Source: Eubacteriales bacterium
Lineage (GTDB): Bacteria; Bacillota; Clostridia; Oscillospirales; JAAYXM01
Assembly (NCBI GenBank): GCA_045533555.1
Contig: JAZSHZ010000315.1
Coordinates: forward strand, 1-43,588
Direction of reading: 5' to 3'
Length of the DNA stretch: 43,588 nucleotides
Part shown: positions 1 to 8,654 of the stretch, in pieces
Numbering within the stretch: position 1 is the stretch's first letter
Layout of the letters: each line of letters starts with the position of its first letter
Made by a program: the position numbers and the translations under genes
The notes under the pieces: generated by a model
Databases searched by the model: none
What the model was told of the DNA's origin: nothing
Seen by the model: only the letters and a program-made list of their open reading frames with translations

Positions 1-137
1 TTCAAGGTGATTTGTTTAATGAAATGTTCTGCGTTCTGAAAAATATTTTTTCGGAAAGATGCGTTGTTTTCACCTGCGTTTTTTACTCATTTCTTTTCTA
101 CGCTTGTGCTCTCGTGCCTTTTTCGACAGTCTGTAAA

Positions 138-161
138 AAGCACCCGTGAGGGTGCTTTTTT
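138..161. terminator. Rho-independent terminator-like hairpin, possibly bidirectional
   Basis: AAGCACCC-gtga-GGGTGCTT stem followed by a T-run (156-161) and preceded by an A-run. It sits before the vanW-like promoter and presumably ends a gene outside the window. Confidence 0.6.
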
Positions 162-245
162 AATGCAGAATGCAGAGCGCAAAATGCAGAATTGAGGCGT
201 TCTCACCGATGCCCTGTATTTTCCGAAAAAATCCTCAAAAAACAG

Positions 246-274
246 TTGAAATTTGCGCGGTTTCAATATATACT
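246..274 (+). promoter_or_regulatory. Sigma-A type promoter for the VanW-like gene
   Basis: TTGAAA (246-251), 17-nt spacer, TATACT (269-274), about 40 nt upstream of ATG 313. Confidence 0.5.
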
Positions 275-312
275 CTATATTAGATAAGTCTTTAAAAGGC
301 AGGATGATAAAT

Positions 313-2133
313 ATGAAGCTTTTTGGAAACGGGAAACTCCCGAAAGGAATAATAATCGGCGCAATATCTCTCGGAGTCGCCGTTGCGCTTGCTGCGGCGC
401 TGACCGTGTTCACCTATGCGAACAAGGATATTTTCCCCGGTGTCACGGTTGACGGGATCTCTCTCGGCGGCAAGAATCTTGAGGAGGCGACCGCGGCGCT
501 CACGCAGGCGGGAAGCGAGAGATATGATGAGGCAACCTTCGATATAGTCCTCGAGGATGTTGCAAAATATACTGCAAAGGGAAGCGAACTCGGCGTTAAG
601 TTCTCCTCTGCGGAGACGGCTGAAAACGCGATGAAGATCGGCCACGAGGGCGGCTTCTTTGCGAGAATCGGCGATGTTGCCGGTGCATTTTTCGGAGCAC
701 GCGATATTGCGCCCGCAATCGAGTTTGATGAGCTCGCGCTTGAGGATATGCTTGCGGAGCTCACGAAATATGATATAGCTCCCGTCGATGCGGATTATAC
801 GATCGAAAACGAGAATACGCTCGTTCTCCATCCGAAGGCGGACGGAAAGAAGCTCAACACGGAGAATCTTATAGAGACGGTCAAGTCAAAGTTTGCGGAG
901 CAGAATTATGAGCCGCTCGAAATCGCGCGCGATGTTGCGCCCTCTGTTGCGCTTGATATGGATAAGGTCTATTCCGAGGTGCATAAGGAAGTTGCCGATG
1001 CGCATCTTGAGAATAAGGACGGAGGGAATATAATCGTCCCCCATGTCGTCGGCGTGGACTATGACCTCGAGGCGGCAAAGGTTGCATACCAGAAGAATCC
1101 CGATGAGGTCATCCGCATTCCGCTGACGCTCACTCAGCCGAAGGTGCTCACAAAGCATCTTGAGGTCAACCTCTTCAAATATTGCCTTTCTGAGGTAACG
1201 ACGAGGTTCAGCCCGAAAAAGGTCGCAAGAACGGCGAATGTCCGCCTTTCGGCAAAGCTTATCAACGGAACGATTCTCAACCCCGGTGAGGAATTTTCAT
1301 ATAACAAGACTGTCGGCCCGAGAACGAAGGCACGCGGCTTCCAGGAAGCGGCTATATTTGCTCAGGGCGAGGTCGTCGACGGAATCGGCGGCGGCATCTG
1401 CCAGACATCCTCGACGCTTTATATGGCGGCGGTCAAGGCAAATATGAAGACCACTCAGCGCTCGAACCACAGCTTCTATGTTGACTATGCTCCCAAGGGC
1501 GAGGATGCAACGGTAGTTTATGGCTCGCTCGACTTCAAGTTCAAGAACACAAGCAAATATCCGATAAAAATCGTTGCGACAAGCCAGAATAACTGGATCA
1601 AGGTCCGCATTATGGGAACAGAGCCCGATGAGGTGAGAACGGTTAAGCTCACCAAGACCACTCATTCAACAACGCCATACACAACAAGAGAGAAGATATC
1701 TCCCGATCTCAAGGCGGGAGAGCGCAAGGTCGAGCAGAAGGGTCAGCCGGGCCTTTCGATGACGGTCTATCGCAATGTCTATGATAAGAACGGCAAGCTC
1801 GTCGAGTCCTATGTCGAGAATAAATCAAAATATAAGCCGATGCCCGAAATAGTGCTCGTCGGCGCGGGCACTGCGGCAGAGACGACCGCTCCGGCGGAAC
1901 CCCCCGCAACGACAACACCTGCGGAGACGAAGCCTGCAGAACCCGGGGCACCGAAGCAGGAAGACGCAAAGCCTGCGGAAGCACCCGCAGAACCGGCACC
2001 TGCACCCGAAGCACCCGCAGAACCGACTCCCGCACCGTCTGAGCCGAGCACGGAAGCACCTGCAGAGCCTGCACCCGAAGCGCCCGCAGAACCGACTCCC
2101 GCGCCCGAAGCAACGGAAACCCCTGCAGCATAA
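313..2133 (+). CDS. VanW/YoaR-family cell-wall protein with N-terminal membrane anchor, G5-like segment and Pro/Ala/Glu-rich tail
   Basis: The ORF track gives 253..2133. I prefer ATG 313, which has AGGA 8 nt upstream, because 253 lies inside the predicted promoter. Motifs: TM anchor IIIGAISLGVAVALAAALTVF; VanW core FSYNKTVGPRT...GGGICQTSSTLY; G5-like KAGERKVEQKGQPGLSMTVYR. Confidence 0.85.
   Translation: MKLFGNGKLPKGIIIGAISLGVAVALAAALTVFTYANKDIFPGVTVDGISLGGKNLEEATAALTQAGSERYDEATFDIVLEDVAKYTAKGSELGVKFSSAETAENAMKIGHEGGFFARIGDVAGAFFGARDIAPAIEFDELALEDMLAELTKYDIAPVDADYTIENENTLVLHPKADGKKLNTENLIETVKSKFAEQNYEPLEIARDVAPSVALDMDKVYSEVHKEVADAHLENKDGGNIIVPHVVGVDYDLEAAKVAYQKNPDEVIRIPLTLTQPKVLTKHLEVNLFKYCLSEVTTRFSPKKVARTANVRLSAKLINGTILNPGEEFSYNKTVGPRTKARGFQEAAIFAQGEVVDGIGGGICQTSSTLYMAAVKANMKTTQRSNHSFYVDYAPKGEDATVVYGSLDFKFKNTSKYPIKIVATSQNNWIKVRIMGTEPDEVRTVKLTKTTHSTTPYTTREKISPDLKAGERKVEQKGQPGLSMTVYRNVYDKNGKLVESYVENKSKYKPMPEIVLVGAGTAAETTAPAEPPATTTPAETKPAEPGAPKQEDAKPAEAPAEPAPAPEAPAEPTPAPSEPSTEAPAEPAPEAPAEPTPAPEATETPAA
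1975..2110 (+). repeat. In-frame low-complexity PAPE-type tandem repeats within the VanW-like gene
   Basis: GAAGC(A/G)CCCGCAGAACCGACTCCCGC recurs at 2008 and 2077, with a shorter copy at 1978. It encodes APAEPTPAP-type repeats. Confidence 0.8.
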
Positions 2134-2142
2134 TAAAACCAA

Positions 2143-2170
2143 GGGATTGCAAGCTTGCAATCCCTTTTTT
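2143..2170 (+). terminator. Rho-independent terminator after the VanW-like gene
   Basis: Perfect palindrome GGGATTGCAAG/CTTGCAATCCC followed by TTTTTT (2165-2170). Confidence 0.8.
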
Positions 2171-2262
2171 AATTCCCGAAACAAAAAGTTTACTTTCATA
2201 AAGTTGAATTTGCTCGCGGTTCGGTGTATAATAGAATAAATATAATTTCGGAGAATGATAAA

Positions 2263-3135
2263 ATGAACAGTAAAGACACGCGCCGACTCATAAAGGCGAT
2301 CTCGACAAAAAATCTTCAGGGGAATTGGTTTCGGGCATTTTTGATATTCATCATAGTGTATCTCGCCTCCTCTTTCATATTGGGGCTTTTCCCCCTGAAC
2401 TATCCGACCCCGGAGCAGATGATGGCAGCGTCGGAGACGGGCGATATGCTCGCGCTCTTAAAGCTTTTCCTTCCTGCGGAGATAACGAAGAAGATGATTG
2501 CCGCAATCGGAGTCGTTTTCCTTCTCGATCTCATCGTAATATGCCCGATGAATATCGGAATGTGCCGCTTCTTCCTTCGCGTTGCGGCGGGGCAGAAGGG
2601 CGAGATGGCAGATTTCTTCTCGGTGTTCTGCAATCTGAAGCTCGTTTTCTCGTCGATTGTTCTTGATATAATCATAGCGGCGGCAACGCTTGCGGTGAAC
2701 ATAGCCTTAAACATCATCCCCGCAGTACTCGTGGCGATTGCATATTTCGTTTATTCTCCGCCGCTGTTGAATCTTGCATATCTGCTCTGGTTTGCGGCGA
2801 GCATATTCGCGTTTCTCTGGTGCAGCAGATATACCTTCGCGAGATTCATCCTTGCCGAGGGAAAACACGGCGCTTTCAAATCATTCGGCGTTTGCCTCGG
2901 TCTCTGCAAGGGCAGAGGAAAGGAGCTCATGGCTCTGCGCGCATCCTATCTCCTTTGGGATATTGCAAAAATATTCCCCATATTCGCATATATCTATCAG
3001 ACGCTCTTCGGCGCGACATATGCGAGATATCTCTATCATATAAGAGGGGATATCAAGTTTGTAAGGCGTGAGGCCGCGGAAACGGTTGAAACCGAAGCGG
3101 CGAAGGAAGAAGCCGGAAGCGAGGATGCTGAATAA
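2263..3135 (+). CDS. Multi-pass membrane protein, DUF975-like
   Basis: The ORF track start 2224 is a GTG inside a TATAAT-like box. ATG 2263 is preceded by GGAG. N-terminal KNLQGNWFRAF followed by several hydrophobic helices and an acidic C-terminal tail. The family call is from memory. Confidence 0.6.
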   Translation: MNSKDTRRLIKAISTKNLQGNWFRAFLIFIIVYLASSFILGLFPLNYPTPEQMMAASETGDMLALLKLFLPAEITKKMIAAIGVVFLLDLIVICPMNIGMCRFFLRVAAGQKGEMADFFSVFCNLKLVFSSIVLDIIIAAATLAVNIALNIIPAVLVAIAYFVYSPPLLNLAYLLWFAASIFAFLWCSRYTFARFILAEGKHGAFKSFGVCLGLCKGRGKELMALRASYLLWDIAKIFPIFAYIYQTLFGATYARYLYHIRGDIKFVRREAAETVETEAAKEEAGSEDAE

Positions 3136-3163
3136 AAATTCAATCTTTTTTGAAAAAATATTA

Positions 3164-3192
3164 TTGACAAATAAAATTCGCGGTGGTATAAT
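3164..3192 (+). promoter_or_regulatory. Near-consensus sigma-A promoter of the aromatic amino acid operon
   Basis: TTGACA (3164-3169), 17-nt spacer ending in TGg, TATAAT (3187-3192). Confidence 0.75.
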
Positions 3193-3225
3193 TTCATAAA
3201 AATACAAAGAAAGGCAGATAAAGTG

Positions 3226-3291
3226 ATGACAGCTTCTCTTAAGGCATCGGCAATATTTTATTACTTTTACTTTTTCAACAACAAAAAGTAA
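3226..3291 (+). CDS. Putative 21-aa leader peptide MTASLKASAIFYYFYFFNNKK (seven consecutive Phe/Tyr codons)
   Basis: ATG 3226 to TAA 3289-3291, read by hand. Codons 3256-3276 are TTT TAT TAC TTT TAC TTT TTC. It lies between the promoter and a terminator, upstream of aroF. There is a weak AAAGG about 12 nt upstream. Confidence 0.55.
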   Translation: MTASLKASAIFYYFYFFNNKK

Positions 3292-3298
3292 AAGTGAT
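3260..3298 (+). promoter_or_regulatory. Leader hairpin overlapping the aromatic codons and the leader stop codon
   Basis: ACTTTTACTTTTT (3263-3275) is the exact reverse complement of AAAAAGTAAAAGT (3283-3295). The stem is extendable to about 16 bp. Loop CAACAAC. Confidence 0.6.
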
Positions 3299-3340
3299 TT
3301 CTGTTGCTTAAAAGAGAGTTTTTTAATTTATCTGATTTGA

Positions 3341-3379
3341 GACTTTGCAGTGGAATTCACCGTCTGCAAGGTCTTTTTT
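3341..3379 (+). terminator. Leader terminator (attenuator) upstream of aroF
   Basis: GACTTTGCAG (3341-3350) pairs with CTGCAAGGTC (3364-3373) with one G-U pair, followed by TTTTTT (3374-3379). It lies 36 nt before the aroF ATG. Confidence 0.7.
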
Positions 3380-3414
3380 AGTTATTTGAGCTTCAATTCA
3401 AGGAGGAATTTACA

Positions 3415-4419
3415 ATGATAGCAGTATTGAAAAGTGATGTGCCTCAGGTGCAGGTTGATAATCTCATTGCATGGCTCAATGAGCAGAACATACAGGTCCA
3501 TGTTTCAAAGGGCGATTATCAGACGGTTCTCGGTTTTATCGGGGATACGCGCAATGTCGATGTCGAGCTGATCGAAGGTCTTGATATCATCCAGAGCGTC
3601 ACTCGCATAACGGAGCCTTTCAAGAGCGCAAACAGAAAATTCCATCCGGAGGATACGGTCTGTGATATCGGCGGCGTCAAAATCGGCGCTGGGAACTTCG
3701 CGCTCATCGCGGGGCCCTGCTCGGTCGAGAGTGAGGAGCAGATCATCGGAATCGCAAACTCCGTCAAGGCATCGGGAGCAACTCTTCTTCGCGGAGGCGC
3801 CTTCAAGCCGAGAACGAGCCCCTATGATTTCCAGGGCCTCAAGGCAGAGGGAATCGATCTTCTTCTTGAAGCAAAGCAGATGACGGGCATGCCGATCGTC
3901 ACCGAGATCATGAACGCAAACCACCTTGATCTTTTCGAGAATGTCGATGTGATTCAGGTCGGTGCAAGAAATATGCAGAATTTTGAATTGTTAAAGGAGC
4001 TCGGCAGAACGAACAAGACAATCCTTTTGAAGCGCGGTCTTGCAAACACGCTCAAGGAGCTTCTTATGAGTGCTGAATATATCATGGCGGGAGGAAACGA
4101 AAATATCATCCTCTGTGAGCGCGGAATAAGAACCTTTGAGACCTACACCCGCAATACGCTCGACCTCTCCGCAGTTCCGATGCTCCGCGAGCTCACGCAT
4201 CTTCCCGTCGTTGTAGACCCGAGCCACGCAAGCGGAATATCCCGCCTCGTTAAGCCGATGGCACTCGCCGCGGCGGCGTGCGGTGCGGACGGACTTATGA
4301 TCGAAGTTCATAATGACCCGAAGCATGCGCTTTGCGATGGAGCGCAGTCGCTCACTCCCGAGCAGTTTGACGATGTCGCAAAGGCGGTCTTCAAGGTCCG
4401 CGAGGCGGTGGCGTTATGA
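3415..4419 (+). CDS. aroF: 3-deoxy-7-phosphoheptulonate (DAHP) synthase, type I-beta, with an N-terminal ferredoxin-like regulatory domain
   Basis: RBS AAGGAGG. Core motifs [24 protein letters not shown]. About 70 extra N-terminal residues, as in Thermotoga-type regulated DAHPS. Confidence 0.9.
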   Translation: MIAVLKSDVPQVQVDNLIAWLNEQNIQVHVSKGDYQTVLGFIGDTRNVDVELIEGLDIIQSVTRITEPFKSANRKFHPEDTVCDIGGVKIGAGNFALIAGPCSVESEEQIIGIANSVKASGATLLRGGAFKPRTSPYDFQGLKAEGIDLLLEAKQMTGMPIVTEIMNANHLDLFENVDVIQVGARNMQNFELLKELGRTNKTILLKRGLANTLKELLMSAEYIMAGGNENIILCERGIRTFETYTRNTLDLSAVPMLRELTHLPVVVDPSHASGISRLVKPMALAAAACGADGLMIEVHNDPKHALCDGAQSLTPEQFDDVAKAVFKVREAVAL

Positions 4420-5267
4420 AAATAGGAATAGTCGGCCTCGGTCTTATAGGAGGCTCGCTTGCCAAGGCTTTCAAGTTCAACACGGAATATGAAGTTTTCG
4501 CCTGCGATATAAATGAGGTTTCATATAAGCGGGCGGTTCTCGTCAATGCGGTTGACGGCAAACTCACGCAGGAAAATATTTCCGAATGCGATTATATCTT
4601 CCTTGCCCTCTATCCGGAAGCAACGCTCCGTTATATGGAGGAAAACGCAAAATTCATAAACCGCGGCGCAACCGTCATCGATTGCTGCGGCGTCAAGGAA
4701 TTCGTCTGCCCCGCGCTCTTTGAGCTTTCGGAGAAATTCGGATTTCATTATGTTGGCGGTCATCCGATGGCAGGCCGCCAGTTTTCGGGATTCCGCTATG
4801 CGCAGGAAAATCTTTTTGAGGGAGCGAGCATGATTCTCGTCCCGAAGGCAGGCGAGGATATAAACCTTCTCGAAAAAATAAAAAAATGTCTCGTCAGGAT
4901 AGGCTTTGCCCACGTCACGGTAACGACGGCGGAGAAGCACGATGAGATCATTGCATATACCTCACAGCTTGCCCACGTCGTCTCAAATGCGTTCGTCAAA
5001 AGCCCGCGCGCAGAGGCGCATAAAGGCTTTTCGGCAGGGAGCTACCGCGACCTCACTCGCGTTGCAAAGCTTTCGGAAACGATGTGGACGGAGCTTTTTA
5101 TGGAAAATCGCGGAAACCTCGTCGCGGAGCTTGATTTCATCATAGATTCGCTGACGGAATACCGCGATGCGCTCGTCGAAAACGATGCGGGAAGGCTCAA
5201 AAACCTTCTGCGCGAGGGAAGAGAGCGCAAGGAAAGGATTGATGAAGAGTGGAGAGAGTTAGAGTAG
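4416..5267 (+). CDS. tyrA: Prephenate dehydrogenase
   Basis: ATGA overlap with the aroF stop. Rossmann motif IGIVGLGLIGGS, plus GGHPMAG. Confidence 0.9.
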   Translation: MKIGIVGLGLIGGSLAKAFKFNTEYEVFACDINEVSYKRAVLVNAVDGKLTQENISECDYIFLALYPEATLRYMEENAKFINRGATVIDCCGVKEFVCPALFELSEKFGFHYVGGHPMAGRQFSGFRYAQENLFEGASMILVPKAGEDINLLEKIKKCLVRIGFAHVTVTTAEKHDEIIAYTSQLAHVVSNAFVKSPRAEAHKGFSAGSYRDLTRVAKLSETMWTELFMENRGNLVAELDFIIDSLTEYRDALVENDAGRLKNLLREGRERKERIDEEWRELE

Positions 5268-6310
5268 AGGCATCAAAAAGCTATGATGTCATAATAGACG
5301 GCGGAATTATCGGAAAGCTCGGCGAGCTTGCGGCTCCGCTTGTCAAAGGTAAAAGCATCGCCGTCATCTCGGATGACATAACCTCGCGCCTTTTCGGCAA
5401 GCAGGTGCGCGAATCCCTTGAGGCGGCGGATTTCAAGGTCTTCGGGTTTTCGTTCAAAAACGGTGAGGATTCAAAGAACGCGGAAACATATATTGAAATT
5501 CTCGAATTTCTCGCGAAATCGGGTCTCACCCGCGCCGATGCGGTCGTTGCGCTCGGCGGCGGTGTTGTCGGCGATATGGCGGGCTTTGCCGCCGCAAGCT
5601 TCCTTCGCGGAATCACTTTGATCCAGGTGCCGACGACGCTTCTCTCAGCGGTCGATTCCTCCGTCGGGGGAAAGACGGCTATAAACCTCTCGGCGGGCAA
5701 GAATCTCGCGGGCGCATTCTATCAGCCGTCGCTCGTCCTCTGCGACACGGATATAATAAAAAATCTGCCTGCGGAAATATTTTCGGACGGTATGGCAGAG
5801 GTGATAAAATACGGCGCGATAGGAAGTGAAAAAATCCTTGAGCTCTGCGCCGCGGGTGCGAAAGAGAATCTTTCGGAGCTTATCGCGCTCTGCGTTTCAA
5901 TGAAGCGCGATATCGTGATGCGCGATGAGTTCGACACGGCTGAGCGCCAGCTTCTCAACCTCGGCCACACTCCCGCCCACACGATCGAAAAGCTCTCGGA
6001 TTTTAAAATTTCCCACGGAAAAGCCGTCGCGATGGGTATGGTAATGATGGCGCGCGCCGCCGAAAAGACGGAGCTTTGCGAAAAGGGCGTCTCGGAAGAG
6101 CTCACCTCCCTCTGTAAAAAATATTCGCTCCCCGTAAGCTGTCCGTTTGCGGTCGGAGATATGGCGGATGTTGCGATGTCCGATAAAAAGCGCGGAGAGG
6201 GAAAGATAACGCTCGTGCTTCCCGAAAAGCGAGGCAAAAGCGCGCTTTTCAAAGTGGATGAAACGGAGATCGGAAGATGCTTCGGGCTCGGATCGGAGGA
6301 GCTGCCATGA
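5249..6310 (+). CDS. aroB: 3-dehydroquinate synthase
   Basis: GTG start overlapping the tyrA end. Motifs GGGVVGDMAGFAAA, VPTTLLS.VDSSVGGKT, HGKAVAMG. Confidence 0.9.
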   Translation: MERVRVEASKSYDVIIDGGIIGKLGELAAPLVKGKSIAVISDDITSRLFGKQVRESLEAADFKVFGFSFKNGEDSKNAETYIEILEFLAKSGLTRADAVVALGGGVVGDMAGFAAASFLRGITLIQVPTTLLSAVDSSVGGKTAINLSAGKNLAGAFYQPSLVLCDTDIIKNLPAEIFSDGMAEVIKYGAIGSEKILELCAAGAKENLSELIALCVSMKRDIVMRDEFDTAERQLLNLGHTPAHTIEKLSDFKISHGKAVAMGMVMMARAAEKTELCEKGVSEELTSLCKKYSLPVSCPFAVGDMADVAMSDKKRGEGKITLVLPEKRGKSALFKVDETEIGRCFGLGSEELP

Positions 6311-7575
6311 CGGTTTCGTTGAGCGCCGCCTCCGCCTCGGGAAAGGTTTCGATAATTCCCTCAAAATCCGTTGCACACAGGCTTCTCATCTGCGCCGCCC
6401 TTTCCGATGCGCCGACGGAAATCGTCTGCAATGCATCCTCAAAGGATATTGAGGCGACTGCATCGTGTCTTCGCAAAATGGGCGCGGAGATAAAAGAAGA
6501 GGATGGAATATTCAGAACCGAGCCGATAATAAAACCGCTCGGCGGAGAAGTCTTCTGCGGAGAAAGCGGGTCAACGCTTCGCTTTCTCATCCCCGTTGCG
6601 GCGGCACTCGGAGAGGAAACCGTGTTCACGGGTGAGGGCAGGCTTCCCGAAAGACCGTGTATGCCGCTCGTTGAATCGCTCAGAGCGCAGGGTGCGGATA
6701 TTGAATATGAAGGAAAGCTCCCGATGACTGTTCGAGGCGGGCTCAGGTCGGGAAAATTCAGCATCGCGGGCGATATAAGCTCGCAGTTTATAACAGGGCT
6801 GATTCTTGCGCTTCCGCTTCTTGAAGGCGAGAGCGAGATAGAAATCACGGGCAGGATTGAATCGCGCCCGTATATAGAAATAACGCTCGATTGCATCGGG
6901 AAATTCGGAATAGATGCAACCTTTGAAGGAAACGTAATCCGCTTCGGAGGCGGAAAATACAGGGCTCCGGAAGAACGGCTCGCAGTCGAGGGCGATTGGT
7001 CGAATGCCGCGTTCTGGCTTTGTCTCGGTGCGTTGACGGAGAAGGGGATAACCGTCTCGGGTCTCAACCGTGAGAGCCTGCAGGGAGACCGTGCCGTTGC
7101 GGAAATACTCTCGCGCTTCGGTGCAGAGGTTTCGTGGAATGATGGCGATATAACCGTCCGCGGAGGCAGACTTTCCGCAATCAATATTGATGCGGCAGAG
7201 ATTCCCGATCTCGTCCCCGTTCTTTCCGTCGTTGCCGCGGTTGCGGAGGGCAAGACGCGGATATATAACGCGCAGAGGCTTCGCATCAAGGAAAGCGACA
7301 GAATCGAGAGCACGCTCTCACTTCTCCGTGCTATCGGCGCAGACGCCGCGGAGACGGAGGATGGGCTTGAGATAATCGGCAAAAAGAATCTCACAGGCGG
7401 CGAGGTCAGATCCTTCAATGACCACAGAATCGCAATGAGCGCGGCGGTTGCATCCGCGGTGACGGGAGGAAAGGTCACCATTTCGGGCGCAGAAGCCGTC
7501 AGAAAATCATATGGCGATTTCTTTGAAATATTGCGCTCTCTCGGCGCAGAGATAAATTCGGAAGAGGTGTTTTGA
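6307..7575 (+). CDS. aroA: 3-phosphoshikimate 1-carboxyvinyltransferase (EPSP synthase)
   Basis: The ORF track gives 6277. ATG 6307 has GGAGGAG upstream and forms an ATGA overlap with the aroB stop. Motifs PSKSVAHR, GESGSTLRF, DHRIAMS. Confidence 0.9.
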   Translation: MTVSLSAASASGKVSIIPSKSVAHRLLICAALSDAPTEIVCNASSKDIEATASCLRKMGAEIKEEDGIFRTEPIIKPLGGEVFCGESGSTLRFLIPVAAALGEETVFTGEGRLPERPCMPLVESLRAQGADIEYEGKLPMTVRGGLRSGKFSIAGDISSQFITGLILALPLLEGESEIEITGRIESRPYIEITLDCIGKFGIDATFEGNVIRFGGGKYRAPEERLAVEGDWSNAAFWLCLGALTEKGITVSGLNRESLQGDRAVAEILSRFGAEVSWNDGDITVRGGRLSAINIDAAEIPDLVPVLSVVAAVAEGKTRIYNAQRLRIKESDRIESTLSLLRAIGADAAETEDGLEIIGKKNLTGGEVRSFNDHRIAMSAAVASAVTGGKVTISGAEAVRKSYGDFFEILRSLGAEINSEEVF

Positions 7576-7576
7576 A

Positions 7577-8641
7577 ATGGCATCGCAAATCGGAGAAAAG
7601 CTCAGGATAAGCATATTCGGAGAATCGCATTCCGAGGCGATCGGAGTCGTTATGGACGGATTGCCCGCGGGCATTAAAATCGATATGGAAAAGCTTTCTG
7701 CATTCCTTTCGCGCCGCGCACCGGGGAGCGGTCAACACGCAACGGCGAGATCGGAATCCGATGCGCCGAGGTTTCTTTCGGGTGTCGTCAATGGCGTTAC
7801 CTGCGGAAGCCCTGTTTGCGCGATAATCGAGAATAACAATACGCGCTCAAAGGATTATGAAGCACTGCGCGATATCCCGAGACCGGGCCACGCGGACTTT
7901 GCGGCATATATAAAATACGGCAGGGCGCACGATATCCGCGGCGGCGGGCACTTTTCGGGAAGGCTCACGGCTCCGCTTTGCATTGCGGGCGGCATCTGCC
8001 TTCAGCTTCTTGAAGAAAAGGGCATAAAGATCGGCGCTCATGCATCGGAGATCGCGGGAGTTTGCGACAGGCGCTTCGACCCCGTTTCACCCGAGCTTTC
8101 GGAAATAGATAAGTCTTCTCCCATTGCCGTCCTTGATAAGTCGGCGGGCGAGCGGATGATGGAAGAGATAATCAAAGCAAAGAGCGAGCTTGATTCCGTC
8201 GGCGGCATTGTCGAATGCGCGGCGGTCGGCATTCCCGCAGGCTTCGGCGAGCCGATGTTTGACGGGATCGAGAATGTTATTTCAAAGCTCGTCTTCGGCA
8301 TTCCCGCAGTCAAGGGAATCGAATTCGGAGCGGGATTTGATGCGGCAAGAATGCGCGGAAGCGAGAATAACGATCCCTTTGTTATGAAGGGAGAAAACGT
8401 CGCAACGAAAACGAATAACCACGGCGGAATCCTCGGCGGAATAACATCCGGCATGCCGATAATCTTCCGCGCGGCAATAAAGCCGACGCCGTCAATTGCG
8501 GCGGAGCAGGAAAGCATATCGCTTTCCCGCGGTGAAAACGCAAAACTCGAAATAGTCGGGCGGCATGACCCGTGCATAGTCCCGCGCGCCGTTCCCGTTA
8601 TGGAAGCGGCTATGGCATTGGCATTATGTAATATCTTATAA
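7577..8641 (+). CDS. aroC: Chorismate synthase
   Basis: Motifs FGESHS, RPGHAD, GGGHFSGR, GRHDPC. RBS GAGGTG. Confidence 0.9.
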   Translation: MASQIGEKLRISIFGESHSEAIGVVMDGLPAGIKIDMEKLSAFLSRRAPGSGQHATARSESDAPRFLSGVVNGVTCGSPVCAIIENNNTRSKDYEALRDIPRPGHADFAAYIKYGRAHDIRGGGHFSGRLTAPLCIAGGICLQLLEEKGIKIGAHASEIAGVCDRRFDPVSPELSEIDKSSPIAVLDKSAGERMMEEIIKAKSELDSVGGIVECAAVGIPAGFGEPMFDGIENVISKLVFGIPAVKGIEFGAGFDAARMRGSENNDPFVMKGENVATKTNNHGGILGGITSGMPIIFRAAIKPTPSIAAEQESISLSRGENAKLEIVGRHDPCIVPRAVPVMEAAMALALCNIL

Positions 8642-8654
8642 GAGGTGTTTTGAA

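Noticed and set aside
122-128. Second TTCGACA (0A-box complement) near the left edge, and TGTCGAT at about 13413
   Set aside because: These are isolated 7-mers in positions with no plausible Spo0A target promoter, which is the expected background occurrence.
162-190. Three copies of AATGCAGA within 29 nt, downstream of the first terminator
   Set aside because: The repeats are too short and too few to separate from chance. No associated regulator or palindromic structure is present. Noted only as a possible operator.
87-413. 108-aa minus-strand ORF at the left edge
   Set aside because: It runs through a terminator hairpin, the vanW-like promoter and the start of the VanW-like gene. It has no RBS and no recognisable protein features.
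3199-3414. Possibility that the aroF leader is a T-box or another riboswitch
   Set aside because: There is no T-box sequence or specifier-loop architecture. The leader is short and AU-rich, with a translatable aromatic-rich ORF, so the leader-peptide model fits better.
6249-7583. 444-aa ORF antisense to aroA. Similar long antisense ORFs lie at 8038-9018, 35956-37074, 37114-38370, 38904-39896 and 39836-40741.
   Set aside because: The translations are Ser/Pro/Arg/Ala-rich and low in complexity. Each lies exactly opposite a well-supported conserved gene, which is the usual stop-codon-poor antisense frame of GC-rich, codon-biased genes.
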